Assembly (NCBI GenBank): GCA_963832745.1
Contig: CAWHVC010000003.1
Location: 192,001-256,000 of the forward strand
Source of the DNA: Candidatus Bathyarchaeota archaeon
GTDB taxonomy: Archaea > Thermoproteota > Bathyarchaeia > Bathyarchaeales > Bathycorpusculaceae
DNA: 64,000 bases
Direction of reading: 5' to 3'
A model generated the notes under the pieces. The model did not search any database and had not been told where the DNA came from. It was given only the letters and a program-made list of their open reading frames with translations. Positions 39,288 to 49,989 of this stretch are shown here, in pieces; position 1 is the first letter of the stretch, and every line of letters begins with the position of its first letter. Position numbers and translations under genes: made by a program.

Positions 39288-40778
39288 TCAATTTTTGTTA
39301 TCTGATGACTGTGAAGAGTATGAATCCACCAGATCGTCCAGCGTGTTTGAGGCTTTTGAAAGCGCAACTTTAAGGCTCAAAATCGCCCATTCAGTTTGCG
39401 TGTGACTTTTGACTCTTTCTTTTAAGGTTCTTTCAACCTCGATTGGTGATGGACCGCCTTGAACTTTATATGTTTCGACTATTTTGCGTGGATTTGTGCA
39501 TTCAACTATATCTTCTAATTTAACAGTTAACTCCAAACCAGCGCTTTCTTTAGCGACCTTATGCAACAACTCGGATGAAGTATCTATAAGCGTCTTTTTG
39601 GATTCAATCAAAGTTTTTACAATTGCCCCAGCAATTTTGTGCGCTGTGCGAAAGGCAACGTTGTATTTGCGTACAAGCATGTTTGCCAACTCCGTAGCGC
39701 CGACAAAGCCTGCAGCCGCTTTTTGTTCAACGTTGCTGGAAACTTTAATGTTTGGAACCAATTGGGTAAAGATATTCAGGGATGCTTTGAGGTTGTCTGT
39801 TGCTGCCCAAAGTTTGGGAGTTAATTCTTGGAAGTCAAGATTGTAAGTTGTAGGCAAGCTTTTCACTGCCGCAGCCGCCGCCACATAATCACCTAAAGCA
39901 TAGCTTGCTCGTGCCCGTATAACTTCGAGGCATTCAGGGTTTTTCTTTTGCGGCATAATGCTGCTTGTTGAAGTGAATTCGTCTGGCAACTCGACGGTGC
40001 CAAACTCAGCTGAACTCCAAATGATTAGGTCTTCAGCAAAACGACTCAAATTCACGGCGGTTAAGGTTAAAGCGGCGACTGTTTCAACTATGAAATCTCG
40101 GCTACCCACTGCGTCAATCGAGTTTTCCAAAACATCGCTAAAACCCAAAAGTTCGGCGGTGCGTTTACGGTTGAGTGGGAAACTTGTTGTTGCCAAGGCG
40201 CCCGCACCCAATGGTGAAAAGTTGACGCGTTCATATGCACCTTGCAAACGTTGTAAATCGCGTCCTAAAGCGTCATACTGTGAAACAAGGTAATGTGCGT
40301 AAGTAACCGGTTGAGCCGCCTGCAAATGAGTGTACTCCAGAATTATTGTGTCTAAATGTTTAGCTGCCGTATCAAGCAGGTTCTGCTGCATTTCCAAAAT
40401 TTCCTGCATAATAAATAGCAACTCGTTGCGTAAGGTCATGCGTATTGCGGTTGTGACTTGGTCGTTTCGGCTTTTTGCTACGTGCATGTTGCCGCCGACT
40501 TCTGGTCCTGTTTGGGATAGGACGGCTTCTTCGACTGCCATGTGCACGTCTTCCGCTTCTGGGTCAAGCTTGGATGCAGAAAGATTTGCGAGTGCAGCAA
40601 GAATTTTTGTGCCGGGTTGCCAAGGAATAATTTCTTGTTCCATAACCATGGCAACGTGTGCTTTGTTAATTGCCAACACTGCCTCAGCAAGGCGGGTATC
40701 GTCATTTCTTGAAGAGGTGAAATGAGCAACGTCTTCTCGAACATTGCCGAGGCGTCCTCCATGCAACATTTTAGACGT
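39288..40778 (-). CDS. argH: Argininosuccinate lyase (start ambiguous: 40796 TTG, 40778 ACG or 40769 ATG)
   Basis: SRNDQV, THLQ.AQP, TSSIMPQKKNP. Confidence 0.95.
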   Translation of the reverse strand, partial: TSKMLHGGRLGNVREDVAHFTSSRNDDTRLAEAVLAINKAHVAMVMEQEIIPWQPGTKILAALANLSASKLDPEAEDVHMAVEEAVLSQTGPEVGGNMHVAKSRNDQVTTAIRMTLRNELLFIMQEILEMQQNLLDTAAKHLDTIILEYTHLQAAQPVTYAHYLVSQYDALGRDLQRLQGAYERVNFSPLGAGALATTSFPLNRKRTAELLGFSDVLENSIDAVGSRDFIVETVAALTLTAVNLSRFAEDLIIWSSAEFGTVELPDEFTSTSSIMPQKKNPECLEVIRARASYALGDYVAAAAAVKSLPTTYNLDFQELTPKLWAATDNLKASLNIFTQLVPNIKVSSNVEQKAAAGFVGATELANMLVRKYNVAFRTAHKIAGAIVKTLIESKKTLIDTSSELLHKVAKESAGLELTVKLEDIVECTNPRKIVETYKVQGGPSPIEVERTLKERVKSHTQTEWAILSLKVALSKASNTLDDLVDSYSSQSSDNKN

Positions 40779-40813
40779 TTTCCATGCCCTCCTCAAGTTT
40801 TTTTAGTTTTGTT

Positions 40814-42034
40814 CTACTTGGTAGTCTTTGAGGCTTTCGGTTCCTTTGACGCTTTTAATGCATTGTACATCTTTGTTTGCATGCCCCAGAGTTCAATGAA
40901 GCCTTTTGAGTATGACTGGTTAAAGCTTGTTTTAATGTTATAGTTTGCCAAGTTCTTGTCGTAAAGTGAGTTTGGTGAACTACGTCCGACAACTTGCATG
41001 CTACCCTTGTAGAGCTTCAGTTTAACTTCGCCGTTCACGTTTTCTTGTGAACGGTTGATGAATGCGTCTAAATCATCTTTCAATGGGTCAACCCACAAGC
41101 CTGCATAAGCAAGGAAGACCCATTGGTCATCAATGGTTTGTTTGAAAAGGTTTTCGTGGCGTGTCATAACCATTTTTTCAAGGTCACGGTGAGCTTCCAA
41201 AATGACAATCGCTGCTGGGCACTCGTAAACTTCACGGGATTTTAAGCCGACGATACGGTCTTCTATGTGGTCAATTCGACCTACACCGTTTCGTCCAGCA
41301 ATCTTGTTTACTTCCTCTATAAGTTCAAGGGGCAGCATTGCTTTTCCGTTAACTGCTACTGGTTCACCTGATTGGAAAGTGATTGTTACGTATTCGGGTT
41401 TGTCTGGAGCCTTTTCTGGCGCAACTGTCCATTCATACGCGTCGGCGGGTGGCTCAACACTGGCGTCCTCAAGCAAACCGCATTCGATGGCGCGTCCCCA
41501 AACGCTGGCGTCAATACTGTATTTGGTTGCGTTAATTGAGATTGGAATGCCTTTGGCTTTGGCGTACGCCATTTCTTCTTCACGGGTCATGCCCCATTCA
41601 CGTACTGGAGCAAGAACTTTCATTTCTGGTGCTAAACTGCTTAATGTTATATCAAATCGGACTTGGTCGTTTCCTCGCCCTGTGCAGCCGTGGGCTAAGC
41701 CTGTTGCGCCTTCTTGTTTGGCGATTTCAACCATTTTTTTGGCGATTAATGGTCTTGATAGGCTTGTGCTAATTGGGTATTTGTCTTCATAAAGCGCGTT
41801 GGCTTTTATGGCGGGGAAAATATAGTCTTTGGCGAATTCGTCTTTGGCGTCGATTGAGAAGTGTTTTAGAACGCCAAGTTTATGGGCTTTTTCTTCTGCG
41901 CCAGGCAGGTCTTCGCCTTGGCCTACGTCAACTGTGACGGTGATTACTTGTGCGTCATATTTTTCTTGGAGGTATTTTATTAACACGGATGTGTCTAATC
42001 CGCCACTATATGCAAGTACAATTTTCTCGGTTAT
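40814..42034 (-). CDS. argG: Argininosuccinate synthase (extends upstream of track ORF to an ATA codon)
   Basis: KIVLAYSGGLDTS lies upstream of the GTG at 41986; HGCTGRGNDQVRF, KSREVYE. Confidence 0.96.
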   Translation of the reverse strand: MTEKIVLAYSGGLDTSVLIKYLQEKYDAQVITVTVDVGQGEDLPGAEEKAHKLGVLKHFSIDAKDEFAKDYIFPAIKANALYEDKYPISTSLSRPLIAKKMVEIAKQEGATGLAHGCTGRGNDQVRFDITLSSLAPEMKVLAPVREWGMTREEEMAYAKAKGIPISINATKYSIDASVWGRAIECGLLEDASVEPPADAYEWTVAPEKAPDKPEYVTITFQSGEPVAVNGKAMLPLELIEEVNKIAGRNGVGRIDHIEDRIVGLKSREVYECPAAIVILEAHRDLEKMVMTRHENLFKQTIDDQWVFLAYAGLWVDPLKDDLDAFINRSQENVNGEVKLKLYKGSMQVVGRSSPNSLYDKNLANYNIKTSFNQSYSKGFIELWGMQTKMYNALKASKEPKASKTTK

Positions 42035-42158
42035 TGTTTACTCCCCCGTTTTGTGAGCTAAATTATTTCCCTTACCTTGCAGGCTATATTTTTAAACCTT
42101 GTGACTTTTTTGTTACATAAGAAGCTTTAAATGTACTATTTGATACATCGATATTTCT

Positions 42159-42737
42159 ATGACCATAGCTCAAAACGTCCGCTACTACCTACGAAACAAG
42201 CCCTACCTACTTGAAGCACTTGAAAAAAACATAGTTAACCTAAGCGAGCTATCCCGCCAAATCCAAAATGAACTAAACACAGATAACACAAGCGCCGTAA
42301 AAGCTGCCCTGCGACGATTCTCTGAAGAACTACAAAAGCACAAACAGAAAAGAGAAGAAAAAGTTCTTGCACTGCTTAAACGCAGCAGCATCGCAGTTTA
42401 CGACAGAAAATCTGTCATGATAACCTCGAAAGAAATGCAATCTAAAAATGGCATGAAAGTTGACTTGCCAGGAAAATACGTGTATCTCCTTGACAGGTCA
42501 GATTTGCCTGAACGCATAACCACACTTGTCAAGCATGAAAACTGCACAATGATTGTTATTCATTCGCCTGAAGAGTTAGAAGCAACTCCAGGTGTTGTCG
42601 CTTTCCTTGCAACCTTGCTGGCAGAACAGAACGTTAACATGATTGAGTTCATTTCATGCTGGACTGAAACAGTCATTGTCGTAGAAAAGAAGGATAGCCT
42701 AAAAACCTATGAAGTCCTCTCAAACATGGTAGGCTAA
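42159..42737 (+). CDS. ACT-domain protein with helical N-terminus, putative amino-acid-responsive regulator
   Basis: VNLSELSRQI...VKAALRR N-domain; TPGVVAFL...NVNMIEFISCWTET ACT. Confidence 0.8.
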   Translation: MTIAQNVRYYLRNKPYLLEALEKNIVNLSELSRQIQNELNTDNTSAVKAALRRFSEELQKHKQKREEKVLALLKRSSIAVYDRKSVMITSKEMQSKNGMKVDLPGKYVYLLDRSDLPERITTLVKHENCTMIVIHSPEELEATPGVVAFLATLLAEQNVNMIEFISCWTETVIVVEKKDSLKTYEVLSNMVG

Positions 42738-42796
42738 GCCGTAAACTTAGCAATAAAATTAATAATATTCACAATCGATAAAGTTTCTAACCCAGA

Positions 42797-43759
42797 GTGA
42801 AAATAAAGATGCCAGCAAAACAAGTAACAGTAAAAGCGCCAGCAACAAGCGCCAACCTTGGTCCAGGCTTTGACGTTTTCGGCATAGCCCTAGAGCAGCC
42901 AAGCGACAAAGTAACCCTAACAGGCACTATGCATGGAATAAAAATCCAAATCAGCGGCATAGGAGCAAGAACAATCTCACTTACACCAGATAAAAACACG
43001 GCAGGTCTTGTAGCAAAAAAAATGATAAACGATTTCAAATTAAACACTGGCCTGCACATTCATGTTGAAAAAGGCATTTTCCCTGGAAAAGGGTTAGGAA
43101 GCAGCGCAGCTTCAGCAGCCGCAGTAGCGTTTGGCATCAACACCATGTTTGATTTAGGCTTAAGCAATAAACAGTTAATTGAGTACGCAGCAAAAGGCGA
43201 GGTAGCCTCCGCTGGTTCTGAGCATGCAGATAACGTGTCTGCTGCGATATGCGGAAACTTTGTACTCATCCGTTCATATAATCCCTTAGAAATTATCAAT
43301 TTGGAGTGCCCAAAAGATATGGAACTCGCAGTAGCTATGCCTAAAATGATTACGCCTCCAAACAAGACCGAAAAAGCCCGAGCAGTAATTCCAAAACTAG
43401 TACCTCTAGAAAAGCATGTTCAAAATTTGGGCAAGGCAGTTGCTATGGCGGTTGGGTTTGCCATCGGTGATGTGGATATTATCGGTCAATCGATGGTTGA
43501 TGTTATTGTTGAACCAGCTAGGGCATCATTAGTTCCAGGTTACAGTAAAGTTAAAGAAAACGCGTTAAATGCAGGCGCATTAGGCGTGACGATAAGCGGC
43601 GCTGGACCAGCCATGATAGCTATCGTAAACAAAAACAAAGGCGACACAGCTAAAGTTGCAGCGGCAATGCATGAAGGCTTCCTATCGGCGGGTTATGATT
43701 CTAACGCTTTCGCCACAAAACCCGGCAAAGGCGCCTACTTAGTGGAGATGAAACTATGA
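42797..43759 (+). CDS. thrB: Homoserine kinase
   Basis: PATSANLGPGFD, GLGSSAAS, HADN, SGAGP. Confidence 0.96.
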   Translation: MKIKMPAKQVTVKAPATSANLGPGFDVFGIALEQPSDKVTLTGTMHGIKIQISGIGARTISLTPDKNTAGLVAKKMINDFKLNTGLHIHVEKGIFPGKGLGSSAASAAAVAFGINTMFDLGLSNKQLIEYAAKGEVASAGSEHADNVSAAICGNFVLIRSYNPLEIINLECPKDMELAVAMPKMITPPNKTEKARAVIPKLVPLEKHVQNLGKAVAMAVGFAIGDVDIIGQSMVDVIVEPARASLVPGYSKVKENALNAGALGVTISGAGPAMIAIVNKNKGDTAKVAAAMHEGFLSAGYDSNAFATKPGKGAYLVEMKL

Positions 43760-45006
43760 GTTACCAAGAATGCATAAACTGTCACACAAAATACGACATA
43801 GACGAAATAGTATATTTCTGCAAAAAATGCGGAGACATCCTTGAAATAAAAATGGACATAGAAAGGGCAGCAGAAACCGTTAAAACTGGAGACTACAAGA
43901 AAACTCCAATTTCTGTTTGGCGTTACCGCGACTTTATGCCAATTCATGAAGCAACAAAAGTGGTCACTCTAAATGAAGGAGGAACTGGCCTTCACCGTTC
44001 CGAACGCCTTGGCGAAGCACTTGGACTTACCAATTTGTGGATAAAAAATGAGGGCGAAAATCCAACAGGCAGCTTCAAAGACAGAGGCATGACCGTGGGC
44101 GTGACCAAAGCTGTCGAACTGGGAGCACGACACGTAATCTGCGCTTCAACAGGCAATACAAGCGCCAGCCTAGCAGCCTACGCCGCACGCGCAGGAATAA
44201 GATGCACCGTGCTGATTCCGTCAGGCAAAATTGCTTACGGCAAACTATCACAAGCCATGATTCACGGCGCCAAAGTCCTTCAAGTCCGCGGCAACTTTGA
44301 CGAAGCCCTCGAGTTTGTACTAAAACTTGCTGAGAAACACCCAAGCATTTACTTACTCAACTCAATTAATCCCTTCCGTATAGAAGGTCAAAAATCGTTA
44401 GGCTATGAAATCTGTGAACAACTAAATTATGACGCCCCAGACCGTCTAATCGTGCCCGTCGGAAACGCGGGAAACATAAGCGCCATCTGGAAAGGCTTCA
44501 GCGAATTCTACAAACTCGGCCTAATCAAGAACCTGCCCAAAATGACTGGAATTCAAGCGGCAGGTTCAGCACCCATTGCCAAAGCAATCAAGAGCCACAG
44601 CAACAAAATCGTGCCAGTCGCAGAGCCAGAAACTGTTGCAACAGCCATCCGCATCGGTGCGCCAGTTAGCTGGAAGAAAGCTATCAACGCCATTAACGAT
44701 TCTCATGGCACAGCAGAAACTGTTACAGACGAAGAAATCCTTAATGCCCAAAAGCTTTTGGCACAGATTGAAGGCATCTTTGTGGAACCCGCAAGCGCCT
44801 CCTCAATCGCGGGTCTTAAGAAGCTTGTGCGTAATGGCATAATTAACAAGGACGAACGCATCGTTTGTGTTACTACTGGTCACGGCTTAAAGGACCCAGA
44901 CACCGCCATCAAAATGAGTGAGAAACCAGTTGAGGTTGACGCGGAAATGACTGCTATCGAAAACGCTTTAGGCATTAAATCCCAAGTAGCAGTAACACAA
45001 AGGTGA
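43756..45006 (+). CDS. thrC: Threonine synthase
   Basis: NPTGSFKDRG, ASTGNTSAS, PVGNAGN, TGHGLKD. Confidence 0.96.
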   Translation: MSYQECINCHTKYDIDEIVYFCKKCGDILEIKMDIERAAETVKTGDYKKTPISVWRYRDFMPIHEATKVVTLNEGGTGLHRSERLGEALGLTNLWIKNEGENPTGSFKDRGMTVGVTKAVELGARHVICASTGNTSASLAAYAARAGIRCTVLIPSGKIAYGKLSQAMIHGAKVLQVRGNFDEALEFVLKLAEKHPSIYLLNSINPFRIEGQKSLGYEICEQLNYDAPDRLIVPVGNAGNISAIWKGFSEFYKLGLIKNLPKMTGIQAAGSAPIAKAIKSHSNKIVPVAEPETVATAIRIGAPVSWKKAINAINDSHGTAETVTDEEILNAQKLLAQIEGIFVEPASASSIAGLKKLVRNGIINKDERIVCVTTGHGLKDPDTAIKMSEKPVEVDAEMTAIENALGIKSQVAVTQR

Positions 45007-45013
45007 ATTGGGC

Positions 45014-46042
45014 ATGAGAATTATTTTAGTCGGCTACGGCGTTGTCGGTAAAGGAGTAACCACGATTCTTGCCAAAAGATACTCGGAAAAGATTGCAAGC
45101 TACGGTTTCAACCCAAAAGTTGTCGCCATCGCCGACGTTGACGGGGCAGTAATTAACCCACGTGGTTTTAGCCCTGAAAAGCTGGAAATGTTCAAACAGA
45201 AAGGTTACCCAGTTTCAGCTGACCCAGATTTTGGTCACCAAGGCATGAGTGCTCTTGACGTGATTGAGAACGTGGAAGCCGAAGTCGTCGTGGAAGTAAC
45301 GCCTGTTAACATCAAAAACGCGGAACCTGCACTTTCTCACATCACAAAAGCCTTCAAAACAGGCAAACATGTAGTCACAACAAACAAGGGACCCCTCGCA
45401 TTGGCCATGCCAGCCTTAACAGAGCTTGCAGAATACAATAATGTGTTTTTGCGGTTCAGCGGTACAGTCGGCGGTGGAACACCCATGCTGGAATTCGCCA
45501 AACGTTGTCTTGCAGGCGATCGAATTCTTGCCATCAGAGGCATCTTAAACGGCACAACCAACTACATCTTAACCGAGATGGGTCAAAACCACATTTCATT
45601 CCAAGAGGCACTTTCTACTGCGCAGAAGCTTGGTTACGCAGAAAGAGAACCATCAATGGATATTGACGGTTTTGATACTGCCTGCAAAGTTGTCATTTTA
45701 TCTAATTGGATTATGGGCAAAAAAGTAACCCTAAAAGACGTGGACAGGACAGGCATACGTGAGGTTACGTTGGAGATGCTTAAAGACGCGGCGAAAAGAA
45801 ACAGCACAATCAAACTCGTTGGCACTGTAGATGACAAGCAAGTATCTGTTAGACCAGTTGAAATTCCTTGGGCTAACCCCTTGTGTGTTAGCGGAGTTTT
45901 AAATGCGGTCACTTTCCAAACTGAGTATGCGGCAGATCAAACCCTAATCGGTCGAGGTGCAGGCGGAATAGAGACTGCCAGTGCGGTTTTAAGAGACCTC
46001 TTAGACATAAGACATAAGTTAGCCTCAAAACTACTATCCTAA
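45014..46042 (+). CDS. hom: Homoserine dehydrogenase
   Basis: GYGVVG, TTNKGP, GILNGTTN, GRGAGG.ETA. Confidence 0.95.
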   Translation: MRIILVGYGVVGKGVTTILAKRYSEKIASYGFNPKVVAIADVDGAVINPRGFSPEKLEMFKQKGYPVSADPDFGHQGMSALDVIENVEAEVVVEVTPVNIKNAEPALSHITKAFKTGKHVVTTNKGPLALAMPALTELAEYNNVFLRFSGTVGGGTPMLEFAKRCLAGDRILAIRGILNGTTNYILTEMGQNHISFQEALSTAQKLGYAEREPSMDIDGFDTACKVVILSNWIMGKKVTLKDVDRTGIREVTLEMLKDAAKRNSTIKLVGTVDDKQVSVRPVEIPWANPLCVSGVLNAVTFQTEYAADQTLIGRGAGGIETASAVLRDLLDIRHKLASKLLS

Positions 46043-46059
46043 AAAAGAGCTGAAGAAAG

Positions 46060-47469
46060 ATGAAGAAAGTAATAATGAAGTTCGGCGGAACCAGCGTTGG
46101 CACAGGCGAAAACATACGTCGAGTAGCCGACATAGTATCACAATACTCTAAAGAATACCGTGTCGTTGTTGTAGTTTCAGCTTTGGCAGGAGTAACAAAC
46201 AAACTGTTTGAAGTCGCCTGTCAAGCAATGAAAAGCGACGAAAAACTGGTTAAGAACTTCACAGAGGAGTTACTACAAAAACATAAAGAAGCAGTCGGCG
46301 CCGCTATATCGAGCAAACCGTTACAGAAAGAAGTTAACCAAATCATAGAAGAAACAATAGCGGAGCTTGAAAAAGTATTAACAGGCATACAGTATGTAGG
46401 CGAATTAACCCCGAAATCTAAAGATTACGTGGTCTCCTTTGGCGAGCGCCTATCAGCACCAATTGTTTGGGGCGCAATACAAGACCACAAACTTGAAAGT
46501 CAATGCTTCACAGGCAAAGAAGCAGGCATAGTAACCGACTCCAACTTTGGCGAAGCAGACCCACTCATGAATTTTACAGCTCATCTTGCACGCGAAAGAC
46601 TTGGGCCAGTGCTTGAAAAAGGCGTAATTCCAGTAGTGACTGGCTTTATTGCAGCAAACCAAGACGGCATCGTAACCACCGTTGGACGAGGAGGCAGCGA
46701 CTACACCGCAACCATACTTGGCGTCGCATTGGAAGCAGACGAAGTGTGGATTTGGACAGACGTTGACGGAATCATGACCACTGACCCCAAACTTGTCCCA
46801 TCCGCAAAACTGCTGCCACAACTTAGCTATCAAGAAGCCGCAGAAATGGCGATTTTCGGCGCAAAAGCCATGCATCCACGCGCACTCGGACCAGTAAGCA
46901 AAGAAAACATTCCAGTTAGAATACGCAACGCTTTCCACCCAGAAAACTCAGGTACCCTAATCACCAAAGAGCCAACTTCAAACGCTAAAGAAGTCGTCAA
47001 AGCAGTAGCCATGATAAAGGATGTAGCAATGCTAAATGTTAACGGTGCCGCAATGGTTGGTGCACCCGGCAGTTACGCAAAAGTTTTTGATGTTTTGGGC
47101 AAAAACAACATCAACGTTATGATGATATCAACCGCGGTCAGCGAAGCAAACATTTCAATGATAATTAAACGCGGAATGCTTGGCAGAGCAATAAGCAACC
47201 TTGAAATTGCCCTGCTTGAACGCGGCGGAATGGTCAGCGAAGTTACAGCAGAAGATGACGTCGCCGTAATCGCAGTTATGGGCGCCTACATGAAAGGCAC
47301 ACTGGGTTTAGCTTCAAGAATCTTTGCAACCGTCGCCAAGAAAGGCATAAACATCCGCATGATTGCTCAAGGCAGCAGCGAACTCAACATCAGCTTCGTC
47401 GTTAAAGAAAAAGACGGTATAGAAGTTGTCAGGGCAATTCATGAAGAATTCAACCTCGACAAAGCCTAA
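46060..47469 (+). CDS. lysC: Aspartokinase
   Basis: MKFGGTS, GRGGSDYTA, WTDVDG, two ACT domains. Confidence 0.95.
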   Translation: MKKVIMKFGGTSVGTGENIRRVADIVSQYSKEYRVVVVVSALAGVTNKLFEVACQAMKSDEKLVKNFTEELLQKHKEAVGAAISSKPLQKEVNQIIEETIAELEKVLTGIQYVGELTPKSKDYVVSFGERLSAPIVWGAIQDHKLESQCFTGKEAGIVTDSNFGEADPLMNFTAHLARERLGPVLEKGVIPVVTGFIAANQDGIVTTVGRGGSDYTATILGVALEADEVWIWTDVDGIMTTDPKLVPSAKLLPQLSYQEAAEMAIFGAKAMHPRALGPVSKENIPVRIRNAFHPENSGTLITKEPTSNAKEVVKAVAMIKDVAMLNVNGAAMVGAPGSYAKVFDVLGKNNINVMMISTAVSEANISMIIKRGMLGRAISNLEIALLERGGMVSEVTAEDDVAVIAVMGAYMKGTLGLASRIFATVAKKGINIRMIAQGSSELNISFVVKEKDGIEVVRAIHEEFNLDKA

Positions 47470-47492
47470 ATAGGCTTTTTCTTAATTTTGTT

Positions 47493-49529
47493 CTATTTTA
47501 ATTGTTTAAGCATTGATTCTACGCTGTTTGTTGGGGGCATGCAAGTTTTGCCTTTGCAGACATACGCGGTTGCTTTGCCGTCAAGCTGTGTGTAGTCAGT
47601 GTCGTTGGTTCTTAGTTGGATAGTGGTGTTTGGTAAATACTGCTTGTTGAGGGCATCTATCATTTGGGTGGTATCGGCGTCTTTTGGGTCTCCAACGATT
47701 ACGACACTGCTGGATGGTCCAGTAATCAGGTACATTGCGCTGAGGAAGAAAGTGAAGGCTTGGGGTCCGTCCTCGATTTCGTCGGCGAAGGTGTGGGTCA
47801 TTTGTTCTGCATTTGCTTCGTAGTCTGGGTTGCCTGTTAAGCGGCTAAGCCACAGTAGCACCCAAAACGCTGCCGAGTTGCCCGAGGGGATAGCGCCGTC
47901 ATAGAGTTGTTTAAGCTGGGGCATGCCTTCTGCCTCTACTGTTTGGTAGTAGCCGCCTTTGCTGTTATCCCAAAATCTTGCAACCATGGCTTTGGCTAAA
48001 TCTGCGGCGGCTCCAATATATTTGGCTTCAAAAGTTGCTTCATAAAGCTCGATTAAGCCTAAGGATAGAAATGCGTAGTCGTCAAGGAAACCTTCGATGG
48101 CGGTTTCTCCTTTAATGTGGCGGTGGTAGAGGAGGTCGCCTTTGAGCATGTGGGTTAGGATGAATTCAGCGGCGTTCTTTGCTGCCTCGACGTATTTGGC
48201 TTCGTTTAAGACCTTGCCAGCTTTAGCATAGGCAGCTATCATTAAGCCGTTCCAGTCAGCCAGAACTTTATCATCCAAGGCGGGGGCAACACGCTTCTTT
48301 CTCGCCGTAAAAAGTTCTGAGCGAGCATTGATTAGTTGACTATTTATTTCCTGCATGGTTAAACCTTTGTAAGGGGCAAGTTCTTCAAGGGATTCGGCGA
48401 TGTAAAGCACGTTTTTGCCGGTTGGTCTTCCGTGTTCTGAAAAGTTGCCTTCAGCTTTCAAACCAAAAACGTGGACTACCAATTCTGCATCTGCTAGCTG
48501 TAAGGTGTCGAGGACTTCGTTTAGTGTCCAGAGGTAGAATTTGCCTTCTTCGCCTTCGCTGTCAGCGTCTTGCGCTGAATAGAAACCGCCTTCTGGTGAC
48601 GTTAATTCACGCTGAACATAATCAAGAGTTTCTCGAGCGGTCTGGGCGTAGATTTGGTTGCCTGTTAACTGGTAAGCTTCAATGTAAGCCAACACGAGCA
48701 GGGCTTGGTCGTAAAGCATCTTTTCAAAATGTGGAACAAGCCAATACGCATCGGTGCTGTAACGATGGAAACCGTAGCCAATTTGATCAAAAACTCCACC
48801 AAGACGCATCTTTGTCAGGGTTTGCTCGACCATGGCTAAAGCTTTCTTTTCCCCAGTCTGAGCATAATACCGCATCAGAAACAAAAGCCTGTGAGGAATT
48901 GGAAATTTTGGTGCAGCATAAAAGCCGCCGTTAACATCGTCGAAATCCATCTGTAAATGCTCATAAGCCGCCGTCAGCACCGACTCATCAAGCTGAGTCT
49001 CTGAAATCTTGTTTTCCACCACTAACAAACGACGTTTAACATCTTGCCCAACCATTTCCATTTCCTGCCGCTGGGTTTTCCAAATATGCATTATTTGAGG
49101 TACAAGGTCCAGTAAGCCAACTATACCGAAAAGGCTGGTTTTGGGAATGTAGCTGGCGACGAAGAACGGGTTAAGGTTGGGGGTTAGGATGATGTTTAGG
49201 GGCCAGCCGCAGTTTCTGCCCATTGCTTGACAGTAAGCCATGTAAGAGGCGTCGATGTCGGGACGTTCTTCTCGGTCCACTTTTATGCAGACAAACGCTT
49301 CATTGAGTAAGTCGGCGACTTGTGGGTCGCTGAAGCTTTCATGCGCCATTACGTGGCACCAGTGGCAACTGGAGTAGCCGATGCTTACAAAAACAGGTTT
49401 ATCTTCAGCCTTTGCCCTATCAAAAGCTTCTTGCCCCCATGGATACCAATCCACTGGGTTGTAAGCGTGCTCGAGAAGGTAAGGGCTTTTTTCATTAATG
49501 AGCCTATTAGGTTTAAGGTTTGACTGCAA
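47493..49529 (-). CDS. YyaL/SSP411 thioredoxin-domain protein (DUF255)
   Basis: [34 protein letters not shown]. Confidence 0.93.
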   Translation of the reverse strand: MQSNLKPNRLINEKSPYLLEHAYNPVDWYPWGQEAFDRAKAEDKPVFVSIGYSSCHWCHVMAHESFSDPQVADLLNEAFVCIKVDREERPDIDASYMAYCQAMGRNCGWPLNIILTPNLNPFFVASYIPKTSLFGIVGLLDLVPQIMHIWKTQRQEMEMVGQDVKRRLLVVENKISETQLDESVLTAAYEHLQMDFDDVNGGFYAAPKFPIPHRLLFLMRYYAQTGEKKALAMVEQTLTKMRLGGVFDQIGYGFHRYSTDAYWLVPHFEKMLYDQALLVLAYIEAYQLTGNQIYAQTARETLDYVQRELTSPEGGFYSAQDADSEGEEGKFYLWTLNEVLDTLQLADAELVVHVFGLKAEGNFSEHGRPTGKNVLYIAESLEELAPYKGLTMQEINSQLINARSELFTARKKRVAPALDDKVLADWNGLMIAAYAKAGKVLNEAKYVEAAKNAAEFILTHMLKGDLLYHRHIKGETAIEGFLDDYAFLSLGLIELYEATFEAKYIGAAADLAKAMVARFWDNSKGGYYQTVEAEGMPQLKQLYDGAIPSGNSAAFWVLLWLSRLTGNPDYEANAEQMTHTFADEIEDGPQAFTFFLSAMYLITGPSSSVVIVGDPKDADTTQMIDALNKQYLPNTTIQLRTNDTDYTQLDGKATAYVCKGKTCMPPTNSVESMLKQLK

Positions 49530-49543
49530 AAAACGACCATCCT

Positions 49544-49557
49544 ATACAATATTGTAT
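49544..49557. promoter_or_regulatory. Perfect 14-bp palindrome upstream of the DUF255 gene, candidate operator
   Basis: atacaatattgtat, 15 bp before the minus-strand start. Confidence 0.4.
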
Positions 49558-49578
49558 GGCGCTAAGGGTTTTTAATCA

Positions 49579-49980
49579 TTATTCAACAGTTAACGCTAAC
49601 TTATCCATCTTATCTGTAAGAAAAGCAAAATCGACTGAACAAAACAGGTGACTTGCACAGTTACAATCGGAACAACCAAAATTGGGCACAGAATCGCAAT
49701 TCTTAGCCAACAATTGTGCGGTTTGGCATTCACACATTTTGTCTACCTCCAAACAGTAAACCTCTGTAACCTCAACTGCAGGGTCAACTAACAGGTAATC
49801 GATATGCCAAAAGAAGCGTTTTTCTTTTCGCAGGTGCCGTTTAACACGGGCTTCGAGACTATTTTGGGCTGAACCCACATACGCATACAGTCCTGCAGGA
49901 AAACTGATTTCGCCTAAAGCACCAACTTTTAGACTTATGGGTTTACTGATTTTGATTATGAGAACGTAGATGCCTTTCAC
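49579..49980 (-). CDS. DUF123 GIY-YIG/Uri-family nuclease
   Basis: KGIYVL, YAYVGSA, RVKRH, WHIDYL, FGCSDC.C.SHL. Confidence 0.9.
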   Translation of the reverse strand: MKGIYVLIIKISKPISLKVGALGEISFPAGLYAYVGSAQNSLEARVKRHLRKEKRFFWHIDYLLVDPAVEVTEVYCLEVDKMCECQTAQLLAKNCDSVPNFGCSDCNCASHLFCSVDFAFLTDKMDKLALTVE

Positions 49981-49989
49981 GGTACTCGC

